From the NCBI RefSeq assembly GCF_009914755.1, contig NC_060936.1: DNA of 64,000 nucleotides; one strand, 5' to 3'. Source of the stretch: the human T2T-CHM13v2.0 reference genome, Homo sapiens. This document shows positions 39,298-56,039 of this stretch, one piece after another. The position numbers were made by a program, and so were the translations under genes. The notes under the pieces were generated by a model that did not search any database, was not told where the DNA came from, and saw only the letters and a program-made list of their open reading frames with translations. The stretch's first letter is position 1. Each line of letters begins with the position of its first letter.

Positions 39298-40130
39298 TAT
39301 TATTTGAAAATACATGTCCTAAGTACATTTAAAACAGTTTTGGGAAAAAATTATGTTAAATTTAGGTTTCTGTATACTTGAGAGCAACTAAAGAGCATTA
39401 AACTTTGTGATCTAGCAGATACAGATTCTCAATGCTAACAGCTAGAAAAATTTCTCATGAGTAAAATTAAATTGCTGATCTATAGGATCTCTGAGTCTTT
39501 TCCCAGTTTCATAGCAAAAGAGATTCCCCAAATTACCTTTATTTATTTATTTTTAAAGTAGAATTCTGAAATCCTAGGTTGAATGAGATATAATAATATG
39601 CATATTTTAATATCTAAATTTTGGTTTTTCTAATTAGCAACACATCCATATTGAATTGCTAATGAAAAATTGTCAATCTTTAATATTAGCGTGTATTTTT
39701 GTACCAGAACCCTACTCTGAAGATAGCATTGTTAATGCCTTCAGTGAAGTCATAGTTATTTTCTTTGGTTATGCCGACATAGGAGGGAAAAAAACCCAAA
39801 AGTCTTATCACATTAAAAAAACCAAATAGAATATAATTTTCATCTAATCATATGAAATGATATTTACTGTCCAAAAACTTTCCTATAACTCTGTTATAAA
39901 AAGATATGCTATGTCTGGACAATGTCAAACTCACTTTTCATGCATTCCCATTTCATTACTATGTTCAATGATTAAATCTAAAGAAAATTTTAATAGATCC
40001 CTTGCCTAAAGCAAACACAAAGAGCATCAGTGGCAACAATGAGGATGAAAGGAAAATGCTGTAGCTCTCACTAAAGGGCCTAAAAAAACTTCTGCTTTAA
40101 TTTCTTTAAATCTATGATAATGTTGTGTTG

Positions 40131-41112
40131 TTTTAAATTATACTCTAAGTTCTAGGGCACATGTGCAGAACGTGCAGGTTTGTTACATAGGTATACGCGT
40201 GCCGTGGTGGTTTGCTGTAGCCATCAACTCGTCATCTACATTAGGTATTTCTCCTAATGCTATCCCTCCCCAGCCCCCTCCAGCCCCCGACAGGCCCTGG
40301 TGTGTGATGTTCCCCTCCCTGTGTCTATGTGTTCTCATTGTTCAACTCCCACTTATGAGTGAGACCATGCGTTTATTGGTTTTTTTGTTCTTGTGGTATT
40401 TTGCTGAGAATGATGGTTTCCAGCATCATCCATGTCCCTGCAAAGGACATGAACTCATCCTTTTTTATAACTGCATAGTATTCCGTGGTGTATATGTGCC
40501 ACATTTTCTTTATCCAGTCTATCACTGATGGGCATTTTGGTTGGTTCCAAGTCTTTGCTTTAGTGAACAGTGCTGCAATAAACATATGTATGCTTGTGTC
40601 TTTGTAGTAGAATGATTTATAATCTTTTCGGTATATACCCAGTAATGGGATTGCTGGGTTAAATGGTATTGAGGAATCACCACACTGTCTTCCACAATGG
40701 TTGAACTAATTTACACTCCATCAACAGTGTAAAAGTGTTCCTATTTCTCCACATCATCTCCAGCCTCTGTTGTTTCCCGACTTGATGATTGCCTTTCTAA
40801 CTGGCATGAGATGGTATCTCATTGTGGTTTTGATTTGCATTTCTCTAGTGACCAGTGATGATGAGCTTTTTTTCATATATTTGTTGGCCACATAAATGTC
40901 TTCTTTTGAGAAGTGTCTGTTCATATCCTTTGCCCACTTTTTGATGGGGTTGTTTTTTTCTTATAAAGTTGTTTAAGTTCTTTGTAGATTCTGGATATTA
41001 GCCCTTTGTCAGATGGATAGATTGTAAAAATTTTCTCCCATTCTGTAGGTTGCCTGTTCGCTCTGATGATAGTTTTTTTTGCTGTGCAGAAGCTTTATAG
41101 TTTGATCAGATC
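40131..41112 (-). mobile_element. L1PA (older primate, PA7/8-like), 5'-truncated ~1 kb
   Basis: Antisense 3' UTR (catgtgcagaacgtgcaggtttgttacatagg) and ORF2 C-terminus ([26 protein letters not shown]). Confidence 0.93.
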
Positions 41113-44100
41113 GTTGTTGTTTAAGTACTGCCTGTGTAGATGATTTAAAATGATGTGAAAATTCAGGGAAAATTCAAAGGGTTTGGGGCTTGGGTTTATG
41201 TGGATTTATCTCCTCTAGTTTTATTTATGTTAAGTTTCACATATGTTCAGAATTTCTAAACAAGGTCTGATATTACTGCCAATATTTGCATGGCTTAGAG
41301 TATAAACTATTATCAGCCCTAATGATAACAAAAGCAAAAATTGTGCATTTCTGAATACTAATTGCACACAAAATGCCTAATGACATTTTCACCTTTTAAG
41401 AGAGCATGTTTATGGGGTATGAATTTGAACTTACTATTCTAGAAGGCTGGTTTTACAGAATTTTAACCCTAGTAAATTGGAAAGAACTCTAATTTTCTTT
41501 CCATCGAAAAATAAGGTCACTCACTATGGATGAAGAAAAAAATTATATACATTATTCATTAATAACATTACATCATACATGTATTTATATGCCCTAAAAC
41601 AATCTGGATGCTGCTGAGAAAATAATTTTTCCAAAGAGCACATTTTCAAAAAGTGCTTTAATGCATTTTGAAATATAATGCATTCAAAAAAAATGCTTCA
41701 TATTTTTTCTCTCTAATACATTAGCTTTTATATTTTGCTATCAAATGACTTTGCTTTTTAGGTATACCTATTACAATGTCTTACTAAAAATAATTCATGC
41801 AACCAATACAATGTTGGTTAGGGAGCGAGTTTTCATAAGGGATTCATTATACTTACAAAATTATCTTTACAAAATCATTTACATGTAGTGTCTCATTGCT
41901 CATCAAAATAACTTGATTGTGCAAATATTATCTGTAGTGACCAGAAAATAAAACTATGACCCAGAGAGATTAATAATTGCTGGTTAAATGGTGAATTTGA
42001 AAAAAGCATGCAGTTCTCCTGACCGCTTATTGAGTGTTCTTTTCACTACCACATTGAGGGAGGGGATCATTAACTCACATCCTGGAGGCTATCAAACTGA
42101 CATGAATCCTTGATCATAATTGACCTAAATTATTCTGATCTACCACTGTTTAAATTAAAATTCAACAAATAATTGCTCAACTTCAATTTTATGCTGACTA
42201 TAGAGACCTGGCCTTGGAGGGCCTCAAAAAGGAAACTATCTCTCAGAAAATAAAGAAAAGCTTTTATTGGATTGAATTAAAGTGATTAATTTCTTTTTTC
42301 TTCTTTAAAGATCTTTTCATTGATTGTGATTTTTAAAAATCCCTTAGGAAATTCCTTATAAATGTATAAAGTTGATTTCATTGTAAAACTCTGTTCTGCT
42401 ATTTACTTTTTTTTATTCCTTGGAGTGCTTGGAACTTTGTTCCTCTTTATGTCTACTTTCATTTCATCCATGCACCCATGATCTCATGTAGCTTTTCCAC
42501 CCTTTAATCTTTTTTTCTGCTCGCTTAAGATAGGCTTACTGCGAACATACATTTCAACCTTATGGTGGAGTATTTAAAATTGAAAATTGAAAGAACAGAG
42601 GGATATACTTAACATTCTGTCAGTGTTGCTTCTGCCTTTATAAGTTGAGGAAATTTTTATTTTAGTACAATTTTATTTAGTAAAATTTAGCATATATAAG
42701 CTGAGAACATTTTTATTTTATTAAAATTTGTAATCAGCCTTTATGCTTTTGACCAATATCTTTTGAGATTTCATTAAGTGTAGAGGCCTGTGCTAAGTGA
42801 TGGGAATTGAAAGATGTTTAATACCCAGTCTTCCATCTTTAGAAGTCTTGGCTTGAGTAAAGGCTGCCAGTTGAGTATATTGGCATGTTTTTTTTTGACC
42901 AATTTTTAGATTTTAACAGAATCTTAATAGGTTTTTTATTTAACCATAACTCTGTGACTCTTACATATCATACAATGGAATTTTATTAGTTAACATTAAA
43001 TTGGAAGGAAGAAATGAGTTAGATAGAGAGGTTACTAAGCCTTCTTGGTTAATAAAAGTATCCTTAAATAATTCATGGCTTATACGAATCAGTATTGTCA
43101 AATGTTGAAGAGCTAGAATTTGGAAAGCCATAATTTATCATGTATTAAAGGAAAAGCACAACTCATTTTCTTACATTACATTTGACTAGCTGAAATTCCT
43201 TTTTTTTTTCCTTCCAAAATTGGCTTGAAATTTTTAGGCACTATTCAATATAAAACCTGTCTCTTTTTAGTTCAGAGGAATAATATTTTGCATATATACT
43301 TATACATATATATATGTCTGTGTGTGTGTGTGTGTGTGTATAAAGCATTTCATACACATGAGCACTAAGACTTTTTCTTTTTTTTCAGTTTAGCTGATTA
43401 AAATATTAAAATTTTATCTAGCTGTGGAGTAGGGCTTTTTCCATGATTTCGAAAGCATGGTTACTGAAACAGTGAAACCCTGTATTTTATTGGCAAAGAA
43501 TTAAAAGATTTTGAATCTTTAATCAAGAATTGTTAAATACTTCAGTTTATAATTGGTTATGAATTAACCAGAATTCTCCACACAAATCTGTCTGCTTGAG
43601 TGAAAAGACTGGTTCTCTGCTTACAGTATCCCCTACAGTACAGCCTTCTACTATTCACATGTGACTGTAGTCCAGATGACATGAGAGTGATCTGATCATG
43701 TACAGAAACGCTTAAGCATTGTTGGCATAAATCCACTCGGAGTTGCTGGGTTTTCACTTGAAAAGGAGTCTGGAAATGTGATTTAAATGACATTCTATCT
43801 TTTCTTCTGCTTGTGTCTTAAAGTCCTTGCCTGTCTCTTGTTGTAGCCAATGTAATGCATAAACTCTTCCAAGGAAGACAAGCAGACAAGCTCAGGGTTT
43901 GATTCACCGCCAGTTTTGTTCCAACAGTTGTATGAGTGCCACATTCATGAAGCTAATGCCCCTTTTCTGGCCCTACCACAGGATTCCAAGTTTTCTTTCC
44001 AGATGGATGTGCAGCTTCAGCCCCACCAGCAGGCTGGAGTCCTTATCCACTCAACAAAAGAGATGTGTGCTTGACTCTGAAATGTTAGCATGGCATTTCT

Positions 44101-44994
44101 AACTATGACAATAACAAGAATCATGCAACTGGAGATATACATGGAGAAGTCAACTTGTTTGGTAAATAGTGATATGGATTTTTTTTTTTTTTGGTCACTT
44201 ATCCCAAGAAATAGTATGTCCTATTTTTAATATCAAGAGAATACATTCCTTCATTTAAGCATTCAATCATTTATTTAAAAATTACTTTGCTGAATATGAT
44301 TCACTATGTTTTTCTCTTAGCTAGGTGCTGGGACTATGGAAACAAATCTTTCATTTCTATGGGCCACGGACTCATAATTAATTTTGAGACAGGTCAGGAT
44401 GGTATGTCTGAGGATAACAAAGAGGCAAGAGTAACCAATATAGCTCTGGGGGCAGATAACACTGTAGAAACATGGAAAGTTCTGGAAAGTAGGGGAGTTC
44501 AGGCTGAACATGGAGGTTTTTGATGTGTGGTTTTTTTTTTTTCTGCGTCTCTCAAAGTGAAAGACATTTTTTCTTTCCCAATTTAAAATTCATTGTTTTT
44601 AATCCTCCAAAGATGATCTCTTAATTCTCAGGATAAGGGTCTGATATGTGTGCGTTATTCCCTCTTTTCATATATGAAACAGTTGAGCCTCATAGATTAA
44701 ACAAGCTTGCTCATGGTCACATGTCTGGTACTTAGAGAAAGAAGAGCTAAAAATACTCTCTTGAAAGTGGTACTGCCCCTTTCGGCAATACTCCCTTGGC
44801 ACCTATGACCCTGCCTTTTTCAGCATCTGTCTCCTTTATTTGATGGTGTTTTGGCCTCAAAGTCATAGTATTTCATGACTTAAAGTCAACTCACAATTGA
44901 TTATCCAATTTGATTTCGGTTGACCCACACACTAAGGCATTATCCCTTGCTTTTGATTGCAGATATTTGACAGAGGAACAAAGTAAAATTATAC

Positions 44995-45215
44995 AAGTAA
45001 TAATGTTTATTGAACAATGATGGCCAGGCACTACATTTAGTACTTTAGTGTTTTAGCTCACAATAATCTTATGATCAGTTACTTTGTTTCCATTTTACAG
45101 AGAAGCAAACGAGTCTTGGAGTAATTAAGTAACTTGCCCAATGTTGCTCAGTTTGCATGTGGAAGAGCTTGGATTTAGCCCAGGCAGCCTGATTCCAGAG
45201 CTCAAGAACTTCACC
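44995..45215 (-). mobile_element. MIR
   Basis: ccattttacagagaagcaaac...aagtaacttgcccaatg. Confidence 0.8.
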
Positions 45216-47255
45216 ACCATCAAGACACAAGTTTCGTTCCCTCTATGATAGTTCAATAATTAATAAAATATATGATCCAAACTATCTGGAAATAGATGAC
45301 CCAAACTATCTGAAGAGTCTTTCTGAACTTTTAAACTACAAAATTATTCTGCTGTATAAACATTAAGGAAAGGTAGAAAAGATTTGATACTGGGACACAT
45401 ACTGTGCCTTTTCTCAATTCACCATGTTATATCGGTTTCCTTATATTTAAAACATAAAATGATGTAACAGCTTCTTATTTGTGCACAATACATTGGCATA
45501 TTAAGGATGACATTTTAGACAGCAAGGCAGAGTACACAGAGGTGTTTAATGTTCTTACATCTCTTCTGCCAACACTGTCTTAAAAGTGCTTTCCCAAAAC
45601 TATAGTAATATATTGTTCCTATCACTTTGGCTCGCCTTCCAGACTTGGCCAAGAATTAAGATAATCTATCTCATCAACAGATTCAAATGTGTTTGTATTT
45701 TCTCTATCTTTCAGGAGCTTCTGAATTGTTCTCTCCAAGTGTTTAGGGAAAAGAGAAAAGATAGGAGACAGAAGAGAAGTAAGAGAATATAAATTCCAGG
45801 AGACAGAGAATTAACATTCTCTTTTTTTGATTCATGATTCAGAATAGGGTTCCATGGAGTGTTAAATCAGAGTGTGATTCTGTGGTAGAGAAACATTGTA
45901 GTTGGTGTGGTGTATCATAAAATCCTAGAAATGAATGATGAAAGGTATTTCTGGAGAAGTTGGTTATTAGTACAGCAAAAGTTAAGGTATATGCCATATA
46001 TAGTTCAGGCAGCGACATACTCTTGAATATTGGATTTCTTTCTTGCAGGCTTGATTTTCCTAATGGCAAAATTAATAGTGGGTATTATATTAAGTAAGAT
46101 TATTCAGAACTATCAAGTTATGGACACATTTCCTAAGTTTACTTGACAGGGGTAAAAAGTCCACATTCTTAATCACTTATGAAATTCTAAAAAATTTCAG
46201 TTGTATTTCCAGTTGCAGCAGGATATGATATAAATTAGATGTCATGTAGGAGTGTTATTTATCCCAATTAATTTAACTTTTGTGTGTGTGTATATTTTGG
46301 ACTGCTTTAGTACTTAACATTTTAGGGCTAGTTGACTTGCATAATGCTTCCAGAAAAGTACATGGAATATAACATTGCAGCTTCCTCAAATAAAAAATGC
46401 ATGTGTATTTAAAATGAACCTAAATAGCTGGTAAAAGAGCTTCTTAGAAGTTGTACTTATTTTAAATTAGAATTTTAAAATAAAACATGAAAATGTTTTT
46501 TGCGATTGCAGAATCATATTTTTGCTGCCATTATAGGAGAATAATTTTTAGAGTTATCTTGAAATAGAAATATGTATTTTAAGTGCTAGTCCAAAATTAA
46601 AAGAAGATCACTCTGTAACACCATTAGAGAGAAAGAGATTGAAATGGGGAAGAGATAAGTAATAACAATTAGAAAAATGTGATAACTGCAAAAACCTCAT
46701 TTATGTAATATTTGATCTCTGAATTACTTTGTTCTTCCACAGAAACAGGACGTACTATGTCACATGAAATTACTAAAATAATAAATTCTTATTTTCTTGA
46801 GGGAAAATTATGTAGTCTGATTTAAAAATATAATGTGGTGACCAAAACAGCAGATTAGCAGAGAATATGATTGCCTCTGATTGTCCTTCAATATCACCTC
46901 AGATTCTAAGTTATTATTCATTCATTTGTGATGAGGTATCTCATCTCCTCTGTCATTTGCTATGTTTACAATCCCACAAGAATCTATACTGCTTCCAGAT
47001 AAGTGACATAACACATAGATTGGCATGTCCTTGTGAGCAAGTTGTGTACCAAAAACATAATGTATTCACCAAAAATGAAGTCATTTTACATCTTCTGTCA
47101 CTGGACTTAATTGGGTAGTTAGGTGACTTACAAGAACATTTTCTTTGCTATATCTAAGTTAAAGTTAAACTTGTGAGTCCTTTCACGTGGAAGGAGATTG
47201 AAAAAGATAAGCTTTCACATAGAAAGTGATTTACCAGTCATTTAAAGAATTCATT

Positions 47256-49033
<1,778 letters not shown>

Positions 49034-49227
49034 GAATTCATTTCAGTTTTTTTCATATATTACTACTGGGCTAAGTTTGTTTCTTTCTGGCTTTTTCCTA
49101 AAGCAGGATTTCAATTGTACTGATGCCATCATAATTCACAGGAGAGAAATTCTTCAACTTTCTCTGGAGTCAGACTATATGTAATGAAGTTGTTCCCGAG
49201 GTGATTAGTCATTACATATTCAAGTTA

Positions 49228-49595
49228 TGATATGCTTTGGTTGTGTCCCCTCTCACATCTCATCTTGAATTTTAGTTTCCATAATCCCCACATGTCATGG
49301 GAGGAACCCAGTGGGAGGTAATTTAATCACAGGGGTGGTGACCCTCATGCTGTTTTTGTGATAGTGAGTGAGTTCTCATGAGATCTGATGGTTAAGTGCT
49401 TTTCCCCCTTTGCTCACCACTTCTCCTTGGTTGCCATTTGAAGAAGGACGTGTTTGCTTCTCCTTCCACCATGATTGTAAGTTTTCTGAGGCTTCTAGAG
49501 CCATGCGGAACTGTGAGTCAATTAAACCTCTTTCCTTTATAAATTACCCAGTCTCAGATATGTCTTTATTGGCAGCATGAGAGCGGACTAATACA
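49228..49595 (+). mobile_element. THE1C/D-like solo LTR
   Basis: tgatatgctttggttgtgtcccc...ggactaataca; TSD agtta/agata. Confidence 0.9.
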
Positions 49596-49797
49596 AGATA
49601 TAACAACAACAACAATAATAATAATGTCAAGGTGTTTATGCATATAATCAGTTGCAGCCACATCACATCAAAAGTAATAATGACAACTATTCAGTTAAAA
49701 AAAAAAAGAAAGAAAGTTCTGAGGAGAAATGAAAAAGTGCCAGTGTTTCAATGGAACTCTTGGAAACTTTGTCTTCTAATTGATTTATTTTTTAATT

Positions 49798-50398
49798 TGT
49801 TGGGGAGGAAAAAAAATACATTTTCCTTCTAACCCATCATAGGTTCATTGGCTGGGGCCCCTATAACAAAAGACAGATTAACAAGAGAAAAGCATACACA
49901 TTTATTTAATATTATTTTTTACATGACACAGGAGCCTTCATAAAGAAGTGAAGACTGAAAAAAACAATTAAACCTGAGTGTTTTTAAATAGATTTGAGGA
50001 AGTGTTTTAAATAGGTTTGAGGAAGAATAGAGAATCATGGAAAAGCATAAGGCAAAAAAAAAGAGCAGGAAGAAAGAAAAAAGGAAGGAAAGAAGGAAGG
50101 AAGGAAAGAAGGAAGAAAGAGTATGAGTTAAGGGTAATAAACCAGGGGAACTTGGGCCTTTTTGTTCAGATTCCTCTTGGTGTCCCTGTGATCTGTGTCT
50201 TTGGAGGTAAGGATGCTCCTTTCCTCTAGGTATTGAGAAGCCACCTCTCACATGAAGCCCTATGACCTTCTCTAGGGGAGAAGTGAAGGAGAAGTCAGAG
50301 ATATCTTCCTGCATATCTATTTCACAAATTCCTTCAACTTAAAATATTCCATATGTCAAGGTGCCACATTTTAGGATAGCACATCTTGAACTCTGTCA
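49798..50398 (-). mobile_element. MER34-family ERV1 LTR with an internal GA-rich tract
   Basis: cctataacaaaagacagattaacaagagaaaagcata and a terminus ttccttcaacttaaaatattccatatgtcaaggtgccacatttt. Confidence 0.7.
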
Positions 50399-51280
50399 AG
50401 TTCTATTTGTTTTTTTTAATGTGATGGAGTTTTTGGTGTGTGTATGTGTTTAGTGCTGGGTGAGAAAAATATCTTATATCCTAAAATACTAGTTGTAATT
50501 ATGCACAAATAGTCATCAACTCAGAATTTTATAGAGAAAATATAAATCTTAACCATCATTTAGCCCAATAGTTATAATAATGACAGACCATCAGAATTAT
50601 CTAGAATTGCATGTGTGTATAATATGATCTTAAATTGTATCATATGTATATGTATGTATAGATGTTGCTGAGTTTCATTCCTGGAGAGTCAGTGCTAATT
50701 CACAAGGTATGGAGAATGACAATGCAAGGTTTCCTCTATGAGCAGCCAGGTTGGGAAACCATTTACGTTACAAGTTCTGTAACTTTGCATGAGGCAACTG
50801 AAGCCTGTGTAGATTGACCAACCTACCACTTATCATACAGCCATCAGATACTATAGTCAGTAATAAACCCAGGCTTTCTGACTCTTGACTTTTCCCCATA
50901 ACCGAGGTTTCTTCTTCAAGATGTTTATGAGACATTGCTAATCCCTTGACTATGACTTTGAATGTCTAACACTTCACTGATACTCAGCTCTTGTTTTTTG
51001 TCTAATAAATAATTATTTATGCTGTTGATTCACTACTTATCCTTTAAAAGTAACATGATATTGCATTTGCCCATAAAAATAAAATTGTTAACACTTGCTC
51101 CCTTTCATTGGAAATGATTTTCACATTTTATTGTTTCTATTTGTTAACACTTATCTTCTAACTTATGGTTTTTCACTTCAAAGTTAAATTATTTAAATCT
51201 AGAAAAAATTGTTTATTAAATTCACTTGTTTAACAATTTCAGAAAAGTCAGCCAATGAATTGTTTATTGAGAGGGTTGTT

Positions 51281-51346
51281 CCCTCCCTCCCTTCCTTGCT
51301 TTCTTCCTTCCTTTCTTCCTTCCTTCCTTCCTTTCTTCCCTCCCTC
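51281..51346. repeat. (CTTC)n / CT-rich simple repeat
   Basis: Direct inspection. Confidence 0.85.
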
Positions 51347-51423
51347 TTATAATCCCCAGAGGAAATGGCAGATGCGAATGGCTGAAATGTAATGTAATTG
51401 ACTTGTCTCCCTAGTTTGTGTAT

Positions 51424-51492
51424 TACTGCCCTCTGTTGGATACAATTAGGTCTACTCTAATATGTTAGACTGTCTTGCCCCCTAGTGGTTTG
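51424..51492 (-). promoter_or_regulatory. Tandem CTCF-like motifs
   Basis: Minus strand CCAACAGAGGGCAGTA (51424-51439) and CCACTAGGGGGCAA (51475-51488). Confidence 0.55.
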
Positions 51493-51799
51493 TGCAGAAG
51501 ACAGTAATGAGGACATTGGAAAACACTGTGTGAAGGATCAGCTAATTATTTATTTACTTTTAGATAAGTACAATTTGACAAAAACCTGATTTTATAATAA
51601 CTGATTTAACATGTAACAACTCACCTTGCTTGTGTCTCAAATTTCATTTATGAACAAATCAATAGACTAATTACTAAGTTAGAGAAATATGTTGCTATAT
51701 AAGAAATATAAAATTTATGGTAACTTTTAATGCACAACTCAATTTATCACTTCATTAATTGGAGACTTCTAATGGGCCATTTTCTGAAAATTGAATTTG

Positions 51800-52079
51800 T
51801 TTCTTCTTCTTCTTCTTTCAGAGACAGGTCTCTCTGTTGCCTGGGTTGGAGTGCAGTGGCCTCAAGTTCCTAGCCACAAGCGAACCTCCTGTATCAGCTT
51901 CCTTTGTAGCTGGGACTACAGGTGTGCATCATCACACCAGGCTAATTTTTAAATTTGTTTTTGGAGAGACAGGTCCTGCTTAATTTCCCAGCTGGTCTCG
52001 AACTACTGGCTTCAAGAGATCCTTTTACCTCAGCCTCCCAAAAGTCTGGGATTACAGGTGTGAGCCACTGAGTCCAGCC
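51800..52079 (-). mobile_element. AluJ with internal deletion
   Basis: Antisense Alu lacking ~20 bp after gagtgcagtggc. Confidence 0.85.
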
Positions 52080-52082
52080 TGA

Positions 52083-52482
<400 letters not shown>

Positions 52483-55400
52483 TAGAGACACTTTAAGCAA
52501 AATTTTTTGACAAAATATGAAAAATAAATTGGCTATAGTAAATTTACTACTATTTCAAAATAAAACATAATCAGCATAATCACCCATTCAATTAATTCAT
52601 TAGAAATTAACAAACCTAACTTGTGCAACTCTCAGATGAATAAGAAGTAAAAAAGCTCTTGGTTTCTTGTAGCTTACATTCCTTAGATTTGTAGATCCTG
52701 TTGGGTTGAGTCATTTCTAAGAATAGATTAATTTTTCCCCCTTTCTCCTATCACTCCAAACTTACTCCTCTCATGGCTCTTATGAATTCAGTTTTTTTTC
52801 TTGTTTATCATCCCAGTAATCCATATCTGTATGTCCTAGGTTATAGTACCTGAACCAAGGTGAGCTTTTAATGAATCTTTGTTTTCAGTACCCCCTGTCT
52901 CCTTATAACCCTTAACTCTTCTCTTGCCCCCTCTGGTATTCAAGAAACCCTGAGACTTTACCATGAAAACCTCCTCCACTGAAAGGTCAATCAGCCCTCT
53001 ATTGCCTTAAAATGAAGTCTTTGCCCAGAAAGTAACAATGCATTTGCCCAGAAGTACAAACATATTAAGCTTTATCTTGAGCTTAAAATCAAATATATAT
53101 TTAATTCATCTTCCTCTTCCAGGCTCCCCCCTCCCCCGCCACACACATGTATACATAGACAAAGGATAGACTCTGGAGGACAAAGGGCAGGAATTTATAG
53201 CACAGTAGGTCTTCTCACTCCATAAACCGTATGCCTTAAAACAGCAAATCTACCTCATCTTTTTTTTTTTTGCTTCCTTTATTCATCCTTTTTGTTCTTC
53301 TTAAACTAAAGAACTTGCCCTTCTCTCTCAGTGACAGCAGGGATGACACTTAGTCAGGTATGGCTGTATTGGTTGTGAAGAGCTGGTATCTGTCCGAATT
53401 GATTGCTACATCTGTCCTGATGAGCTGGTGCTTATTACAGATTCCGAAGATTACCATAGGACAGCAGGCAGTTTTCATTTGTCCACACCAGAGTTTTGCG
53501 TGTGCTATTCCCTTTTTCTAGAATCACTTACTTCTGTCTCTTCTAATCCTGAATTCTCAGTCATATTCTAGTAGTCTACTTATATGTTATTTGGTGACCC
53601 TGAAAAATTCCAGGATAGAGTTGATGACAACCTCATTTGAGTCCATTCTGTACTTTGTGAAAACCCTATTAAGGTACCTTATCATTGTTCAGCATATTCC
53701 AGAACACTGGGAAACTTCAGCTATGAACACTGTTTCTTTCTTTTTTAACTTAAAACTAACATTAAGTTATTAAACTTGCCTTGTATTTTAAAATTTGTTC
53801 ATTTTCACCCTTTTGGGGGATCATTTCTTAGATGTTATGGATTCTGACTAGGTCTTTTTGAATTTTGTTCTATCTTTCTATAAATCTGAGATTTTTTTAA
53901 CTTTTATCTTCCAATTAATTAGTCCTCCAATCATTTTCTTTTAATTTCTAAAAGCACTCTTTTTCTTAGATTTTTTTTTCATAGCCTTTCATTCCTATTT
54001 GGTGGATACTGTATCTTCTTTAATCTTTGAGAAAACATATTTGACTTTGAACAAATTTTCATCATTATGTTACACAAATTATCGGTTTCTATTGTATGTT
54101 TTTCATGTTGCAGATATCCTGCAGTTTATGTTGAATGTTTGTTTTATACTGACACTTAGAAGGAATAAATAGGAAGCTCTGTGTGTGGTCAAGTTCAGCA
54201 GGCTTCACTTTAAGGTTAGTGGGCGGGGGTAGCCATTAAACCAAAAAGCCTCTTAATGCTGGAATAAGGAAAACTGTGCTCTACAGTTTATTTAGAATTT
54301 CACTGATTAACCAGAGGTAGATGATGCAGTTTCTTTGGAGAAAAGCCCTGTGATTTTTGTCCATAGCTAAGTGCCAGGTAGCAGGATATAGTTCATCCAA
54401 GTCCTGGGAGACATCTACTCTCTGCTGACCTTGGGTCCCTGAGGCAAAGCCACTCAAGAGTCTCCTTAGTCAGGCTGAATTTATCCTTGACTTTGTCTTT
54501 TGCAGCTTCCTTCCCAATTTTTCCAGTCTGCAGTTCAGTGTCACTTCTGCTTCATCCTTTATCTTTTTTCATCTTCTGGAATGTATGATTTTCTTGCCCA
54601 TTGACTTCATTGTCATTATTTTCTTCGTTGCTGTGGACTTTACCCTTCCTGATTATCTTTCCTATCAATTGAATAGGTTTAGAGATGGAAAGAAATAGTT
54701 GTCTGTGGTCAGCCCACCATCTTGAAACAAAGGTCCTAAGAAGGATCAAGGGAGAGGACCTCAAACACTAGTATTGCCTTTGTGATGAGAAAATAGAGAG
54801 TGGCAGATAGTAATACAGTGTGTTTTAATTACTTTCATGTTCTGAAAGTCTATCTATTAAATTAAATATGCTATCTTTGCTTACATCCAATAATAAAATA
54901 ACAGCGTATTCTCTGAGGCCATCTTGTCAAACTTCAATTTGGAAGTTAGAATTCCTTATGCACAATTTCATTCAATCTGGTTCCAGAGTATATTAATCAT
55001 CCTCACCAAGGACTTACTGAAGCAATGCACAGTGTTGGAAATTCTGCTTTGTTAGAAGCCCCTTCGAATATGAAGATGGAATCACTTCTCTCTTAGTTTT
55101 ACTAATTTATCCATTACAAACATGTGCTTCAGGGGATGCTGTGGACACTTGAAATTGTATGTAAAAATTGTTCTTGTATGTGCATAAGAACATTTTTCTG
55201 GGAAAATGATCCATTGGGTTTGTTACATTCTCAGCTTAATCTGTAAACAAACAAAAGGCTAAATGCCACTTGAAGATAGCAGAGAAAGCTGGCTTTCTTT
55301 AATTTCTGAAAATTCTCCGAATATTCAAGAATAGCTGTAATTCATTTTTATTTTTGGTATGTACAACAATGAAAGCTTGAAAGTCATCAAATAATATAGA

Positions 55401-55595
55401 TCGGTGGCTGTTTGAATAGGACTCAGATTTTGAAGAGCTCAATCTATAGTTACTATACACCTGTTCATACCCATACTCATACATTTAAAGAAAGTCAATT
55501 AGTAAAACAAAGCAATAAATTCAGCATACTCTAAATCACAGAATCTAAAGGTTTCTTGACCTTCTATAAAAGTAGAATTAGCACAATAATACTGG

Positions 55596-56039
55596 TGTAT
55601 TAGCCAGGGTTCTCTAGAGGGACAGAACTAATGGAATAGATACATATATAATGGGGAGTTTATTAAGTATTCACTCACATGATCACAAAGTCCCACAATA
55701 GGCTGTCTGCAGACTGAGGTGCAAGGAGAGCCAGTCCGAGTTCCAAAATTGAAGAATTTGGAGTTTAATGTTCGAGGGCAGGAAGCATCCAGCACGGGAG
55801 AAAGATGTAGGCTGGGAGATTAGGCCAGTCTCTGTTTTCACATTTTTCTTCCTGCTTATATTCTAGCTGGACTGGCAGCTGATTAGATTGTGCCCACCCA
55901 GACTAAGGGTGGGTCTGCCTTTCCCAGCCCACTGACTCTAATGTTTATCTCCTCTGGCAACACCCTCACAGACACATCCAGGATCAATACTTTGTATCCT
56001 TCAATCCAATCAAGCTGACATTCAGTATTAACCATCACA
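55596..56039 (-). mobile_element. MLT2A1-like (HERV-L) solo LTR
   Basis: tgtattagccagggttctctagagggacagaactaat...cagtattaaccatcaca; perfect TSD actgg (55591-55595 / 56040-56044). Confidence 0.92.

Noticed and set aside
43990-44074. Acceptor ttttctttccag followed directly by ATG
   Set aside because: The frame closes after 23 codons, with no convincing donor nearby and no protein similarity.
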